Shown piece by piece: positions 10,101 to 18,981 of a stretch of 64,000 bases of DNA. Position 1 is the first letter of the stretch, and the number at the start of each line of letters is the position of its first letter. Made by a program: the position numbers and the translations under genes. Below the pieces are notes generated by a model, which did not search any database, was not told the origin of the DNA, and saw nothing but the letters and a program-made list of their open reading frames with translations. Origin of the DNA: a virus (lineage: Duplodnaviria; Caudoviricetes); the IMG/VR virus record IMGVR_UViG_3300011774_000001, positions 64,001 to 128,000 of that record; one strand, 5' to 3'.

Positions 10101-11477
10101 ACGTACATCGGTACCGGTGGTCGTAGCAAGCGCTCGATGGTGGCCCGTACCCGTAAGTTCCACCGCAACGACATGGGTGTGATCTCTGAGGCAACGGTGG
10201 ACAGTGGTGACGTAGGTATCAACATCTACATGACCGCTAACCCACGCATCGTGAACACTCGTGGTCTGACCAAGCCAGCCCCTGAGGCTGACGTGGGCAT
10301 CTCGTCTTTGGTTTCCACTGCTGCCATGTTGTCTCCAGGCGCAGACATCGACGATCCGAAGCGTGTGAACTTCATTGGTATTCAGCATGGCTCGGGTATC
10401 GGTGCAGTCGGGTATCGCACCATGCCGTACGCCACTGGCTATGAGCAAGTGATTGCTCACCGTTCGGGCAAGAAGTTTGCCTACACGGCCAAAGGGAAGG
10501 GCACGGTTGTCAGCATCAAGAACAACGTCCTTAAAGTGAAGTACGAGGACGACTCGGTCGATGCAGTTGAGATCGGTCGTGTGTTCACCAGTGGTGAAGG
10601 CCACACTTACCCCAACGATTTGCTGACCACTGTGCAAGCAGGGGACACAGTTGAGAAGGGTGATGTGCTGGTTTACAACAACTGGTTCTTTGAGCTGTCT
10701 CCGTTTGCTCCGCGTCAGGTTGTGTACAAACACGGTGTACCTGTCCGTGTGGCGTTGTACGAGTCGGTTAACACATTGGAAGACGGTTCGCGTATCTCGC
10801 CGAAGACCTCGGCAGCGATGCGAGCCTACGAGACTGAAATCCGTGACCTGGTCCTCGACTTCAAAACCACCCTGCACACGCTGGTGGAAGTAGGCGAAGA
10901 GGTTCACCCGGACGATACTCTATGTACCATGGAAGACCCTTCCTCGTCTGCTGCTGATCTGTTTTCTGAGAGTGGTGTAAGTTCCCTGCAACTGCTGGTG
11001 GACAAAGCCCCTCGTGCCAAATTGCATGGTAAAGTTGACCACATCGAGATCGCCTATAACGGTGAACTTGAAGACATGTCGCCAACTCTGCGCAAGGTGG
11101 TAGAAGAGTACGATCGTAAGCTGCGTAATAAGAACCGGGATCTGGGTGATGAAGTTAGCGAAGGCCGTGCTGATGAAAGCATGCGCGTCAATAACCAACC
11201 ACTGCAGATGGACCAACTCGTTATCCGTATCTTCATCTCCCATGGGCGTGACGCCTTCGCAGGCGACAAGGGGGTACTGGGCAACCAGATGAAGTCGGTG
11301 TTCGGTCAGGTTATTCCGGGTGTCTTTGAAACGGAATCGGGTGTTGCCCTGGATATGGAATTCTCGGACAAGTCCATTGAAGACCGGATTGTTCGTTCGT
11401 CGCGTAAGTCGGGCATGATGAATGCTCTGCTGATTCACACGGGCGCCAGAGGTGTAGCTGCTTACCGGGGTGCATAA
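7125..11477 (+). CDS. Virion RNA polymerase beta subunit, large fragment (phiKZ gp178-like)
   Basis: 1450 aa; SEATVDSGDVG, EDG, GDK..GNQMK beta motifs; size and synteny match gp178. Confidence 0.92.
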   Translation: MVRFEAFNRRHGLIRSEYLSMPRLADMVKVEFPAASVIHYLPENDVDWWPEPTWWMIRQTTGDVWVEHVLEFHATHGKTTEVAGSPQNAIRKYHQRFPTLKKVVNQDAALRNETSCLVINHAIARHFLKYQGTQFIEYSRNRNIRDNVFEQIGRIVQQVDRQHFVPIRMPSTFPTLSQIQKAEHEEILSVDSVKRFTSLEHLMFLEIWRWLGDPGPRKDKDGKDADRGVLSLINKIPEDKLQHVNFVFTVRGNWMMYNLADLLRLKKIDANPKGKWEPLQMQKRFLNALIQLIEAGITAEKKPEGLLDQEAPEEQSQKSNQEIQSHNEAILSQVPVSKEISSKIERNQPATLTGIGVDSSQGTTVLPHSVEAEVAAKEQAAKEMEQSEASSAASQGAKVSSDLTDEEIDANLEALERVEQIQQGADFNPVNPNANPLEEGILSRGRALAKDGVISGAELRRIEALAEGYKKLKNPFGPGLLHDAAIVTAEELEVKPEEYEVKGPIFDKSMLASAVRVANAKYVKTTMHKDTVNAILNFQRTGIAVTGFEVEKSKSILGESNILSIRWQPIGGAASTSRIILPVVNEEGVFKAGGTRYRMRTQRTDVPIRVVAPGRVSLTSYYGKINISLSEREIHNYGRWLTDQISALSMDEKGPIGEIHFTNVFDRSVIAPKAYTRLAHSVHTMRIGDMNLNFKHAERLTLGKPADIEALEKDGSVVVGKTNVGALITMNPQNEFVVKGQSRGTIEEILKLDQTGAPHQVAMMRLRGQWVPLGVIMASYIGLSALIQRCKGSVRRVQAGDRMNLEPHEYAVRFSDESLILDSREQLPMLLLSGFRFYHKEIRQISVYSFDSKPAYGILLDAKSRNGAYTVELEMLNDLFVDPMTRDLLREMKEPTEWQPLIYRAAELLLKDYAPDEVDGAYMLLKGYERVPGTVYRELVAATRQYKLRSRVTKASIDMKPTAVWNSFTADSSISPVNDCNPIADLRASEAVTYIGTGGRSKRSMVARTRKFHRNDMGVISEATVDSGDVGINIYMTANPRIVNTRGLTKPAPEADVGISSLVSTAAMLSPGADIDDPKRVNFIGIQHGSGIGAVGYRTMPYATGYEQVIAHRSGKKFAYTAKGKGTVVSIKNNVLKVKYEDDSVDAVEIGRVFTSGEGHTYPNDLLTTVQAGDTVEKGDVLVYNNWFFELSPFAPRQVVYKHGVPVRVALYESVNTLEDGSRISPKTSAAMRAYETEIRDLVLDFKTTLHTLVEVGEEVHPDDTLCTMEDPSSSAADLFSESGVSSLQLLVDKAPRAKLHGKVDHIEIAYNGELEDMSPTLRKVVEEYDRKLRNKNRDLGDEVSEGRADESMRVNNQPLQMDQLVIRIFISHGRDAFAGDKGVLGNQMKSVFGQVIPGVFETESGVALDMEFSDKSIEDRIVRSSRKSGMMNALLIHTGARGVAAYRGA

Positions 11478-11498
11478 CCCCGGTGTTTCTTTTTTGTC
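11464..11498 (+). terminator. Intrinsic terminator-like hairpin plus U-tract
   Basis: ACCGGGGT-GCATA-ACCCCGGT followed by GTTTCTTTTTT. Confidence 0.6.
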
Positions 11499-11520
11499 TT
11501 ATTGAAGCTGGAGATCGTCA

Positions 11521-11712
11521 ATGGACGTCAATCAAATCCGCTTGGTCGAACACAACACTGCGGTGGTGGCCAACGTGCTCAACGTCGTTACTCTGGCTAT
11601 CAGCCAAGTGGCGGGTAAACAGATCCAGCGTAAGCTGGACGAAGAAACCGTGTCCGACGAAGCACTGACCACTCTGGTGGCTGCTCGTCTGAAAAACACC
11701 ATGAAGTTGTAA
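11521..11712 (+). CDS. Small conserved virion-module protein (SPN3US gp242-like position)
   Basis: SD GGAGA, strong codon bias, synteny. Confidence 0.65.
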   Translation: MDVNQIRLVEHNTAVVANVLNVVTLAISQVAGKQIQRKLDEETVSDEALTTLVAARLKNTMKL

Positions 11713-11722
11713 GGAGCGCCCA

Positions 11723-13153
11723 ATGTTTACTCAATCCGTTTTGGCTGAAGCTCAAGCTCTGGCCATGTCGTGTGCTGAACGTGGGATCGCCATCAACAGC
11801 GCTGCAGACAGCTTCCTGGACAATCTTGTCAACCTGAGCCACAACTCGCTCGACACTCAGTGCCCGTCGGTTGACGAATCGGGTACCCGTCACGAGCGTA
11901 GCGGCATGTACGCTGACCCTGAAATCGCTGACGCCACTCACATGGCTTTCACCGATGAGTCCGCGATGGCCGTGGCCGAGATTGCCAGCCGCAACATCAT
12001 GGTGGCCCGTACCGATGCCCTGCCTCTGATTGAATCCGTCATGGATCAGTTCGAGCAGATCATCAACCCGGACATCCCGTACGCTTATCGCCGTCGTTCG
12101 GTGGTGCCTGTTCCTTTCCACCCGCTGTGGCAGTCGGAATACATCGTCGGCATCGGCGATACCTACGCCAACGGCAGCGAAGCCGGGCAGATCCCTGCAG
12201 GCCTCGTACTGAGTGCTGATGAAGAGCAGTTCACCAACTTCCTGGAACTGACCAAGACTGGCTTGCCTCAGGTCGATGCTCAACTCGAAACCCTGCTCAA
12301 GGGCTACGAAGACGAAGACCTGCGTCGTCTGTTCAAAGCCACCTTCAGCGCCGGTAACCTGCCGGTGATCCGCGGCCCTCAGTCGCTGAGCGAAGGCTGG
12401 ATCAATGACCAGATCCTGATCCATGTCTGGGCCCGTGCACTGGGTGACAAGACGCCAAGCAAGTCGAGCCACAACCTGGCTTCGTACCGTGCTGGTCTGT
12501 CCACCGTGATCGAGCGTTCCGGTAACAACATCTGGCACATCAACAAGATCCGTCAGAACTGCGCCGAAGGCAAGATCCTGGTACTGGCTTACGCTGGTGA
12601 CACCATTCACGTTCATTCGGACATCTACACCGAGTGGCTGAAACAGGAAAACTCGGGCAACTGCCCTGAAGTGATCCTGGGTGCTTCTCTCATGACCGGT
12701 CAACTGCGTCCTGCTTCGGGCGAAGACCTGACTCGCATGGGGCCAGAGCTGGTGGCCAAGTGGAACGACTACGTGTCGATGTCCAGCCGTGCCGAGCAAG
12801 AGAACCTGAACGCGCAAGCACGGGTTGAACTGTTCAAGCTGGTGCGCACCCACGTCGACAAGCGTCTGGCCGATGGCCTGGTGGCAGTCTACGAAAACTC
12901 CATGGCTGCCCTGAACGCCTGCGTTGAGCGTCTGCCGACCAACTTCATCAAAGACCCGTACTGCTACGTGCGTGATCTGGTACTGGATGTGTTCTACACT
13001 GGCACTGAAGTGAAGTTGTTCGTGCTGGCCATGGACGAGATCGAAGATGATGACGACGACCTCGATGAAGAGGAAATCGCATTCCTGGCCACCGTCAACT
13101 ACATGACCGACTGGGCTGCTGGGCTGCTGGTTGCCAAAAGCGGTCAGCGCTAA
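11723..13153 (+). CDS. Virion head protein (phiKZ gp177-like)
   Basis: 476 aa, SD AAGGAG, position between the RNAP beta and gp176-like genes. Confidence 0.7.
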   Translation: MFTQSVLAEAQALAMSCAERGIAINSAADSFLDNLVNLSHNSLDTQCPSVDESGTRHERSGMYADPEIADATHMAFTDESAMAVAEIASRNIMVARTDALPLIESVMDQFEQIINPDIPYAYRRRSVVPVPFHPLWQSEYIVGIGDTYANGSEAGQIPAGLVLSADEEQFTNFLELTKTGLPQVDAQLETLLKGYEDEDLRRLFKATFSAGNLPVIRGPQSLSEGWINDQILIHVWARALGDKTPSKSSHNLASYRAGLSTVIERSGNNIWHINKIRQNCAEGKILVLAYAGDTIHVHSDIYTEWLKQENSGNCPEVILGASLMTGQLRPASGEDLTRMGPELVAKWNDYVSMSSRAEQENLNAQARVELFKLVRTHVDKRLADGLVAVYENSMAALNACVERLPTNFIKDPYCYVRDLVLDVFYTGTEVKLFVLAMDEIEDDDDDLDEEEIAFLATVNYMTDWAAGLLVAKSGQR

Positions 13154-13164
13154 GGGGGTAGGGG

Positions 13165-13887
13165 ATGGACGTTACCCGTCTAAAGCGTGATCCCGACAAG
13201 TGCAACGCGAATACCGTTGTACGGGGTGACGAGATGGTTACCAAGGTCCCCTGCAAAATCCTGGTTCCTGCTCGGTACATCGAGCAGGGGCTGGGTGTGC
13301 TGGAGCCCGAAGTTTATGTCATCGCCATTATGGTCTTGATCATGGAGGACAGTTACTACACTGTCATCAATGCCCCGGCCATGATGCGTCTGACACCCAC
13401 CGACATCAACCATATCACCATCAACGATGTGGAATACGTCGAACTGATCTTCCCGAAAGGAGCCGTGGTCTGTCCGCAGCTGAATTTGGTAATGCGGAAC
13501 GAAATGGTTTATTACGTCTACAACGAACTGACCTCCAAAGGCAACTACGGGTTCTGGTTTGAAGAAGACGACATGACCATGCCGTTTGAGAATGCTGAGG
13601 AGTTCTGTGGGGTGCGTGTGGGTTCCAACCATGCGATCATGCAGATGGTGGCTTCCTCGTGTACTCGACTGGAAGGCGATAAGTCCATTCAGTTCAGACA
13701 TGCGGTGAAGACTCCAGCCGACGAGCAGAAGCTCAAGTTCACGATTATCCCCCTCAGGTCTATTATTTGGGGTCCGACGAACACGTTTGCTCGGGCGATC
13801 GGTCCTTACTTCAAGGAGGGTTTGACGACTGCGCTGGTGAACCCATCGACCAAGTCTGAGACCATCGAGGAAACGTTAAGAGGGTAG
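13165..13887 (+). CDS. Virion RNAP beta' C-terminal subunit (phiKZ gp176 / SPN3US gp244-like)
   Basis: 240 aa; LKRD N-terminus and C-terminal GPYFKEGLTTALVNPS..E.IE..LR resembling the beta' C-terminus; directly upstream of the protease. Confidence 0.7.
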   Translation: MDVTRLKRDPDKCNANTVVRGDEMVTKVPCKILVPARYIEQGLGVLEPEVYVIAIMVLIMEDSYYTVINAPAMMRLTPTDINHITINDVEYVELIFPKGAVVCPQLNLVMRNEMVYYVYNELTSKGNYGFWFEEDDMTMPFENAEEFCGVRVGSNHAIMQMVASSCTRLEGDKSIQFRHAVKTPADEQKLKFTIIPLRSIIWGPTNTFARAIGPYFKEGLTTALVNPSTKSETIEETLRG

Positions 13888-13893
13888 TCGGTC

Positions 13894-14691
13894 ATGGCCG
13901 CTAAATCGATCAGTTACGGATGTACGGCGCTGTTGGGCGTCAACAAAAAGGGCATCATTAAACCTGATGCCAACGGGTATTACGAAATCACCGTGGGCGG
14001 CTTCAACGTTCACAACTACGGTGGTGCGTACTACCCGCTCGGTAAGGCCGAGCAGTTGTTCAAGGATTCCGGCTCACTGATGCGTCGTATCAAGGCCGGT
14101 GTCCTGCGTGGTGAACTTGGCCATCCTCGACAGGAAGGCATGAGTCCATCGGCTTACTTCAAGCGGCTCAACGAGATTCACGAGGAGAAGGTTTGCTGCC
14201 ACTTCGCCGAAGTGCGTCTGGACTACGACAACTACAAGTCTAAGTCGGGTTTCCCGATGGTGGCGATCATTGCTCGTGTCAAGCCGTCTGGTCCGTTTGC
14301 CGACACGCTGGAGCGTTCCCTGCAGAACCCGGAAGAAGAGACCTGTTTCTCTATCCGTGCTGCGGTGGTTCCAGAAATGGAAGGTGGTCGTGAAGTCCGT
14401 TACATTGAAGACATCGTGACCTGGGACTATGTGAACGAAGGCGGCATCGCTATCGCTCGCAAGTATTACTCCATGGCTCTGGAGCAGATGGGTGGTGGTG
14501 CTGTGGCAGAAATGTCTGACAGCCTCATCGTGACCCCTGCCATGCTGCACACGGCTAAACAGTCCGTGCAGACAACCATGGGTCTTGAGTCCAACGAAAT
14601 GTTCGCACTGCAAAGTCTGGAGAAGCGCCTGGGTTGGGCTCGTCCAGAACAAGTCAAGTTCGATCGTCCACGCTACCTCAACCTGCGGTGA
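13894..14691 (+). CDS. Prohead (head maturation) protease (phiKZ gp175 / SPN3US gp245-like)
   Basis: LRGELGHP (His), FSIR (Ser), TWDYVNEGGI; candidate C-terminal autocleavage sites SMALE and MGLE. Confidence 0.88.
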   Translation: MAAKSISYGCTALLGVNKKGIIKPDANGYYEITVGGFNVHNYGGAYYPLGKAEQLFKDSGSLMRRIKAGVLRGELGHPRQEGMSPSAYFKRLNEIHEEKVCCHFAEVRLDYDNYKSKSGFPMVAIIARVKPSGPFADTLERSLQNPEEETCFSIRAAVVPEMEGGREVRYIEDIVTWDYVNEGGIAIARKYYSMALEQMGGGAVAEMSDSLIVTPAMLHTAKQSVQTTMGLESNEMFALQSLEKRLGWARPEQVKFDRPRYLNLR

Positions 14692-14696
14692 TTGTC

Positions 14697-14888
14697 ATGG
14701 ATGTCTGCTACGCGAATGTGGTTAAAAGAAACGCCGACACTGGCAACCTTATCAGCTCTGTAGGCAGTGCACTCATCAACGGTTATTCCGCTCGGTGTTT
14801 GCTCCGTGTTGCAAAGCTTGAGAATGGGGTACTTGAGCGCCACCTCCTTCGACGTGGGCAGATCATCCCCGCATATTGCCGGCGCTAA
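14697..14888 (+). CDS. Small hypothetical protein (63 aa)
   Basis: ATG after the protease stop with a GGTGA SD; ends before a hairpin. Confidence 0.5.
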   Translation: MDVCYANVVKRNADTGNLISSVGSALINGYSARCLLRVAKLENGVLERHLLRRGQIIPAYCRR

Positions 14889-14927
14889 CATAATCCCCAG
14901 CCCCGCAAAGGGCTGGGGACTTATGCC
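14889..14927 (+). terminator. Hairpin + TTATGCC element
   Basis: TCCCCAGCCC-CGCAAA-GGGCTGGGGA-CTTATGCC. Confidence 0.6.
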
Positions 14928-14937
14928 GATTGAACGA

Positions 14938-14967
14938 TTTCTCAAACCTAAATTATCCATTTGAATG
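14938..14967 (+). promoter_or_regulatory. Putative early (vRNAP) promoter, copy 1
   Basis: TTTCTCAAACCTAAATTATCCATTTGAATG; aligns with copies at 16305 and 36581. Confidence 0.6.
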
Positions 14968-15011
14968 ATTCCCCAAAGATCATTCGATTCTCTGTAACAG
15001 AGGTACTTGTC

Positions 15012-15278
15012 ATGCCAGATATGATCATTAAAAGAACCCAGGAGAGAGTAAGCAACAGATACTTAGGAGCCTCTTCGCAAGTCCACGTCTATAACGGACG
15101 CAAGAAAATGTGGGAGTGGAAGTCCCTGTGGAATTTCCAAGTGTGCAACAAAGAAGCTGTCACTCAGGAAATCCCACCGCCCGGTTCAGACGTTGTAACA
15201 CTGACCGCCATTACACCGACGAATCATTACGAGGATCGGTGCGATGAACTTAATATGAAACACTGGGGAGTAAAGTAA
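15012..15278 (+). CDS. Small hypothetical protein (N-terminal Q-motif family)
   Basis: SD GAGGT; MPDMIIKRTQ. Confidence 0.55.
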   Translation: MPDMIIKRTQERVSNRYLGASSQVHVYNGRKKMWEWKSLWNFQVCNKEAVTQEIPPPGSDVVTLTAITPTNHYEDRCDELNMKHWGVK

Positions 15279-15541
15279 TGACCAACACAGGATTCCACCG
15301 CTACAGTAATCGTCAAGTCCGCATGGGCGATGGTCGTATCCACTGTAGCTTTGTGGGACTCCTGGAAGAGATGGTAGCGGGTGGGGCTCGCAAGGGCTCC
15401 GCTTCGCGCACTGTTTCCTTCCAGGATAAAGCTGGGAGCAAACGTGTCATTAGCAGGTTGGTCTTGTGTCATCCAACCAAAGGAGTAGTACGCCGTGGGT
15501 TCGTCTTCAAACCTCAACAAGCAACGACGCTCTGGGGATAA
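15278..15541 (+). CDS. Small hypothetical protein (Q-motif family)
   Basis: TAATG coupling; SD GGGGAG. Confidence 0.55.
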   Translation: MTNTGFHRYSNRQVRMGDGRIHCSFVGLLEEMVAGGARKGSASRTVSFQDKAGSKRVISRLVLCHPTKGVVRRGFVFKPQQATTLWG

Positions 15542-15698
15542 CCTCTACGTCTACCATCTGAAGATGGGTAACGATGGAGGAGATGCAAATCAGCCAAGGT
15601 GGACCGAGAAGGTTCTTTCCTTTGGCCATTGCCAATTCACTCAGCACCACTCGTACAGCAACGGTCGGGAGCGCATCTACGGCGACCCTCCTCCGTGA
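15495..15698 (+). CDS. Small hypothetical protein (Q-motif family)
   Basis: GTG start with AAAGGAG SD. Confidence 0.5.
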   Translation: MGSSSNLNKQRRSGDNLYVYHLKMGNDGGDANQPRWTEKVLSFGHCQFTQHHSYSNGRERIYGDPPP

Positions 15699-15714
15699 CT
15701 TAAAGGAGCTGTCA

Positions 15715-16095
15715 ATGGAACGGAAGGCGTTAAAGTCACCCGGTTCTAACAACATGAAGATTACTCACACAAACTCGCAATGCAATTTAGGTAACGGCTA
15801 CACTCAGGCCTTTCGGTCTCGGGTGATTGACGAGCCTTCGGCCAATGAAGTTATCACGGCCATCGTAACCGGTGCCAACTTCAAAGACGGTATCGATTAT
15901 GTACGGACGAACCAGATCAGCTCCCACTGGCCTTTCATGGACCATGGGGTTGCAAGGTTCCGCAGGTGTTCCTCCCGTGCTCGCCTGATGTCTCCTGAGC
16001 GTCGTTACGAGGAGATGTTGGTTGATCGATCCGATGGTCTCCATCTAGACCTAGGTTCGGGACTGACGCTGCATGCAGTGTGTGACTCGCGATGA
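15715..16095 (+). CDS. Hypothetical protein (Q-motif family)
   Basis: SD AAAGGAG at 15702; ATG 15715. Confidence 0.55.
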   Translation: MERKALKSPGSNNMKITHTNSQCNLGNGYTQAFRSRVIDEPSANEVITAIVTGANFKDGIDYVRTNQISSHWPFMDHGVARFRRCSSRARLMSPERRYEEMLVDRSDGLHLDLGSGLTLHAVCDSR

Positions 16096-16301
16096 GAATG
16101 CTCGATTACAACAATCAGCAGTTTCGGGACGAGAAAGGGTTCAGTTACCAAAGTCTCCAAACCACGGTCTGGGAATCGGCGCTGGCAACCCCCTATGTTC
16201 GATCAGCCATGCACATGCAACAATCGGCTAATGGCATGTCCGGCAGCCATTACGAAGATCGCTTCCCTCTAAAGGGACGGTTTAGTAGGTACACGAAATA
16301 A
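16092..16301 (+). CDS. Small hypothetical protein (Q-motif family)
   Basis: ATGA overlap; MRMLDYNNQQ. Confidence 0.5.
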   Translation: MRMLDYNNQQFRDEKGFSYQSLQTTVWESALATPYVRSAMHMQQSANGMSGSHYEDRFPLKGRFSRYTK

Positions 16302-16304
16302 ACA

Positions 16305-16334
16305 GATCTAAAAACTGAATTATCCATGTGAGTA
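16305..16334 (+). promoter_or_regulatory. Putative early (vRNAP) promoter, copy 2
   Basis: GATCTAAAAACTGAATTATCCATGTGAGTA. Confidence 0.6.
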
Positions 16335-16413
16335 AAACCTCTTGAAAGGTTCTCACGCCATTCCCCTGCCCATGGTCTGGTCAGGGGTCTACTATCTAGA
16401 AGGAAATATATCT

Positions 16414-16911
16414 GTGGCCATCCAAAAGAAACTGTCCAACGGCACCAAACACCTGCTGGCTCGTCTGGAAGCCGAAGTGAAAACCGTCCTCGGCGAAGAC
16501 AAGATGCCGGGCGATCTGGAAGTCACTCTGGACAACGAGAAGCTGGGTGAAGTGCTGACCGATTACCGCACCACCACCAGCGCCGGTGAACGCGGCGTGT
16601 CCGTTGACGACATCGAAGCCGTGGGCAACTTCCGTCGCGATCTGCAGAACGCAACTCGCATGTTCGCAGGCGATACCGGCCTGACCTACATGCAGGCCAA
16701 CGAAGATGCAGACAGCTACCGCATCACCGTCAACACCCAGGACAATGCCCTGTCGGTGCAGTCGGCGTTCTTCCGTCCTGGCAAGGAAGAGCAAGGCAAC
16801 ACCAACTTCGTCTCCATCACCGACCAGTGGACTGGCAGCGATGAAGACAAGGCCATCGAGAACCACCTGAAGGGCCTGACCAAAACTCTGGCCGGCGCCG
16901 TTAAGAAATGA
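16414..16911 (+). CDS. Hypothetical protein, probably highly expressed early gene
   Basis: GTG start with AGAAGGA SD; very strong C-ending codon bias. Confidence 0.7.
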   Translation: MAIQKKLSNGTKHLLARLEAEVKTVLGEDKMPGDLEVTLDNEKLGEVLTDYRTTTSAGERGVSVDDIEAVGNFRRDLQNATRMFAGDTGLTYMQANEDADSYRITVNTQDNALSVQSAFFRPGKEEQGNTNFVSITDQWTGSDEDKAIENHLKGLTKTLAGAVKK

Positions 16912-17327
16912 CCGGCGCCGTACCAGGCGAGGCTGTACACGTTGTCCGTCCAGAGGACGATGACGAGGCTGTCGAGTATGTGGCCAATCCTGATCGGGTG
17001 GGCGTTCTGCGCATCCAAACCGATCGGGGCTACTACCAGACCCAAGTCCGTTCTTCTTACGACTCGTACAAAGGGGCTGACGTTTCTGTCAAGCTCTTCG
17101 AACGTTCAACCGACGAAGAAATGGTCGGCGTGGACTTCAGCGAGGAACACTTGCGCATCATGATCCATGGTCCAAACAATCGCGGCTGGCAAGGCATCCG
17201 TGACATTGTTGGGCCTGATGCAGATGTAGTGGGTGGCGTAAGTCTGAATCGTGACGAGGCTCGTGAGGTAGGTACTGACCTGTTGTACTTTGCTGACAAC
17301 GGTCGCCTGCCAGGCCCCGCTAAGTAA
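16908..17327 (+). CDS. Hypothetical protein
   Basis: ATGA overlap; 139 aa. Confidence 0.65.
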   Translation: MTGAVPGEAVHVVRPEDDDEAVEYVANPDRVGVLRIQTDRGYYQTQVRSSYDSYKGADVSVKLFERSTDEEMVGVDFSEEHLRIMIHGPNNRGWQGIRDIVGPDADVVGGVSLNRDEAREVGTDLLYFADNGRLPGPAK

Positions 17328-17412
17328 CATCCCCCGTTGACCGGCCGCCATGGAAGGCAAGCCGGTCTTTTTTATTCGGTTGTTTCTTTTTTGTTTAACT
17401 AGGAGGGATTCA

Positions 17413-18195
17413 ATGTTCGGTATCAGTGAAGAAGAAATGCGCGAGACTGAAAAGCTCGCGGACCTTTATGATCGCCTGCGTAAGTACGCTCGCGAAGCAC
17501 GGGTCAAAGTGATCGTGGCCACCGCGGGTGTGCAATGCGATGTGGAGAACACTGACTTGACTGTCAGCTGGGCACCCGCCACTCCACGCATCGTGGACTA
17601 TCTCAACATCGTCCGTACCAAGGAGCGCCCTGTGTCTGAGAAGACGCATGAGTTGTCTTGGGACTTCACCATGCCAATCGGCTACAGTGCCCTGCGCGAT
17701 GGTGTTACGCAAGAGCACGACGGTACCATGGACGTGGCAGAAGACCTGGCACTGGCAGCAGGTTCTGTGTCTGCGTTCATCAAGGATACTGCCGAGAAGT
17801 ACGGCCTAGATCCAAACATGTTGGAGCGCATGGTTGGTATGGAGAGTGGTGGTTTCCGGCGGGGGGATATTCCGATCGTAGGTCTGCAACATGACCACAT
17901 GGTTGATCGCGATGTTGAGTTCTTGTACCAGGGCACTATGCAACCCCTCATCGTGACAGGTGGTCGTCGTCCAGGGGTCCGCGAAGCCTTGTCCCGTTTG
18001 GCCAGTCAGCACGAGTTCCGTTCCATCCCTGGGTTCGATGCAGACTTCGACGGCCAGGTACATGGGCCTAAGCGTTACATCTCCAAGCGTCACTACTGGG
18101 GCGAAGGCGCAGATACTCCAGAGAGCGCCGCCCGCAAGCGTCGTCAATCCGATGTCAAGCCCAATGGTCGTAAGAAGAAAGGGTGGGAACGATGA
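17413..18195 (+). CDS. Hypothetical protein with basic C-terminus
   Basis: SD AGGAGG; ATG 17413. Confidence 0.7.
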   Translation: MFGISEEEMRETEKLADLYDRLRKYAREARVKVIVATAGVQCDVENTDLTVSWAPATPRIVDYLNIVRTKERPVSEKTHELSWDFTMPIGYSALRDGVTQEHDGTMDVAEDLALAAGSVSAFIKDTAEKYGLDPNMLERMVGMESGGFRRGDIPIVGLQHDHMVDRDVEFLYQGTMQPLIVTGGRRPGVREALSRLASQHEFRSIPGFDADFDGQVHGPKRYISKRHYWGEGADTPESAARKRRQSDVKPNGRKKKGWER

Positions 18196-18485
18196 TGCTT
18201 CTGAGAACTGACAGCCAGCAACGCACCCTGTTCTCTGATGGACTGGTAGCGATGCACACGCATCACTCTCAGCAAACCCATGGAAAAGGCTACATGGGTG
18301 GTTACGTCGTTAACCACGTCGACAACCCTACCAACCCCTCTCGCACGGGTAGCTTCTACAGCTGCCGCAATGTGGCGTGGGGTGATGGCCCTGTACTTGA
18401 CCGTAAGGAAAGGCGCAGCGTCCTGTGGCGGGAAACTGGATTGTCTGTACAGCTGCAGGGGGCTAATCATGGAGATGGTGATTAA
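18192..18485 (+). CDS. Small hypothetical protein (Q-motif family)
   Basis: ATGA overlap; MMLLRTDSQQ. Confidence 0.55.
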   Translation: MMLLRTDSQQRTLFSDGLVAMHTHHSQQTHGKGYMGGYVVNHVDNPTNPSRTGSFYSCRNVAWGDGPVLDRKERRSVLWRETGLSVQLQGANHGDGD

Positions 18486-18750
18486 GCAAAAGCAGACACA
18501 GGGCGAAGATTGGCGAGGGGCTCAAACCGCCGGCGTACTTTGCCAGATCGCAATTGATGAGAATGGGTTCAACTGGTGCAGTACCGTTGGGCACATGACT
18601 CGCGAGAAGATCGACAAACCGGCCCCTCACTGGGCAGTTAGCGAGCGTAGCTTTTACGCCGGTCACCTGAACTTCCAAGGTTGTCTGAACATCTATGCCA
18701 GTGCGTCATTCAACGAAACACCGCTGTCTGTTACACCACGTAAGTTTTAA
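18469..18750 (+). CDS. Small hypothetical protein (Q-motif family)
   Basis: SD AGGGGG; MEMVIKQKQTQ. Confidence 0.55.
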   Translation: MEMVIKQKQTQGEDWRGAQTAGVLCQIAIDENGFNWCSTVGHMTREKIDKPAPHWAVSERSFYAGHLNFQGCLNIYASASFNETPLSVTPRKF

Positions 18751-18811
18751 CCATGCGACTACGGGCGTTCCCTGTAAGTTCGCTCGATAGTTACATACCG
18801 AGGATTGTTTC

Positions 18812-18970
18812 ATGAACCGTGATGAAATGAACGAGTTCCTGAATACCGCTTCACCTGACTGGGACGATGCAGAAGATCGACGAGACTTCTACGCCGCTCA
18901 AATGTTTGTGCTGGTTTTTATTATCATTGTTTGCCTGGTCCTTTGGGGTGTATCCAAATGGCTGGGTTAA
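18812..18970 (+). CDS. Small single-TM membrane protein (52 aa)
   Basis: SD GAGGA; MNRDEMNEF...MFVLVFIIIVCLVLWGVSKWLG; below the ORF-track cutoff. Confidence 0.55.
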   Translation: MNRDEMNEFLNTASPDWDDAEDRRDFYAAQMFVLVFIIIVCLVLWGVSKWLG

Positions 18971-18981
18971 GGGGAATCAAG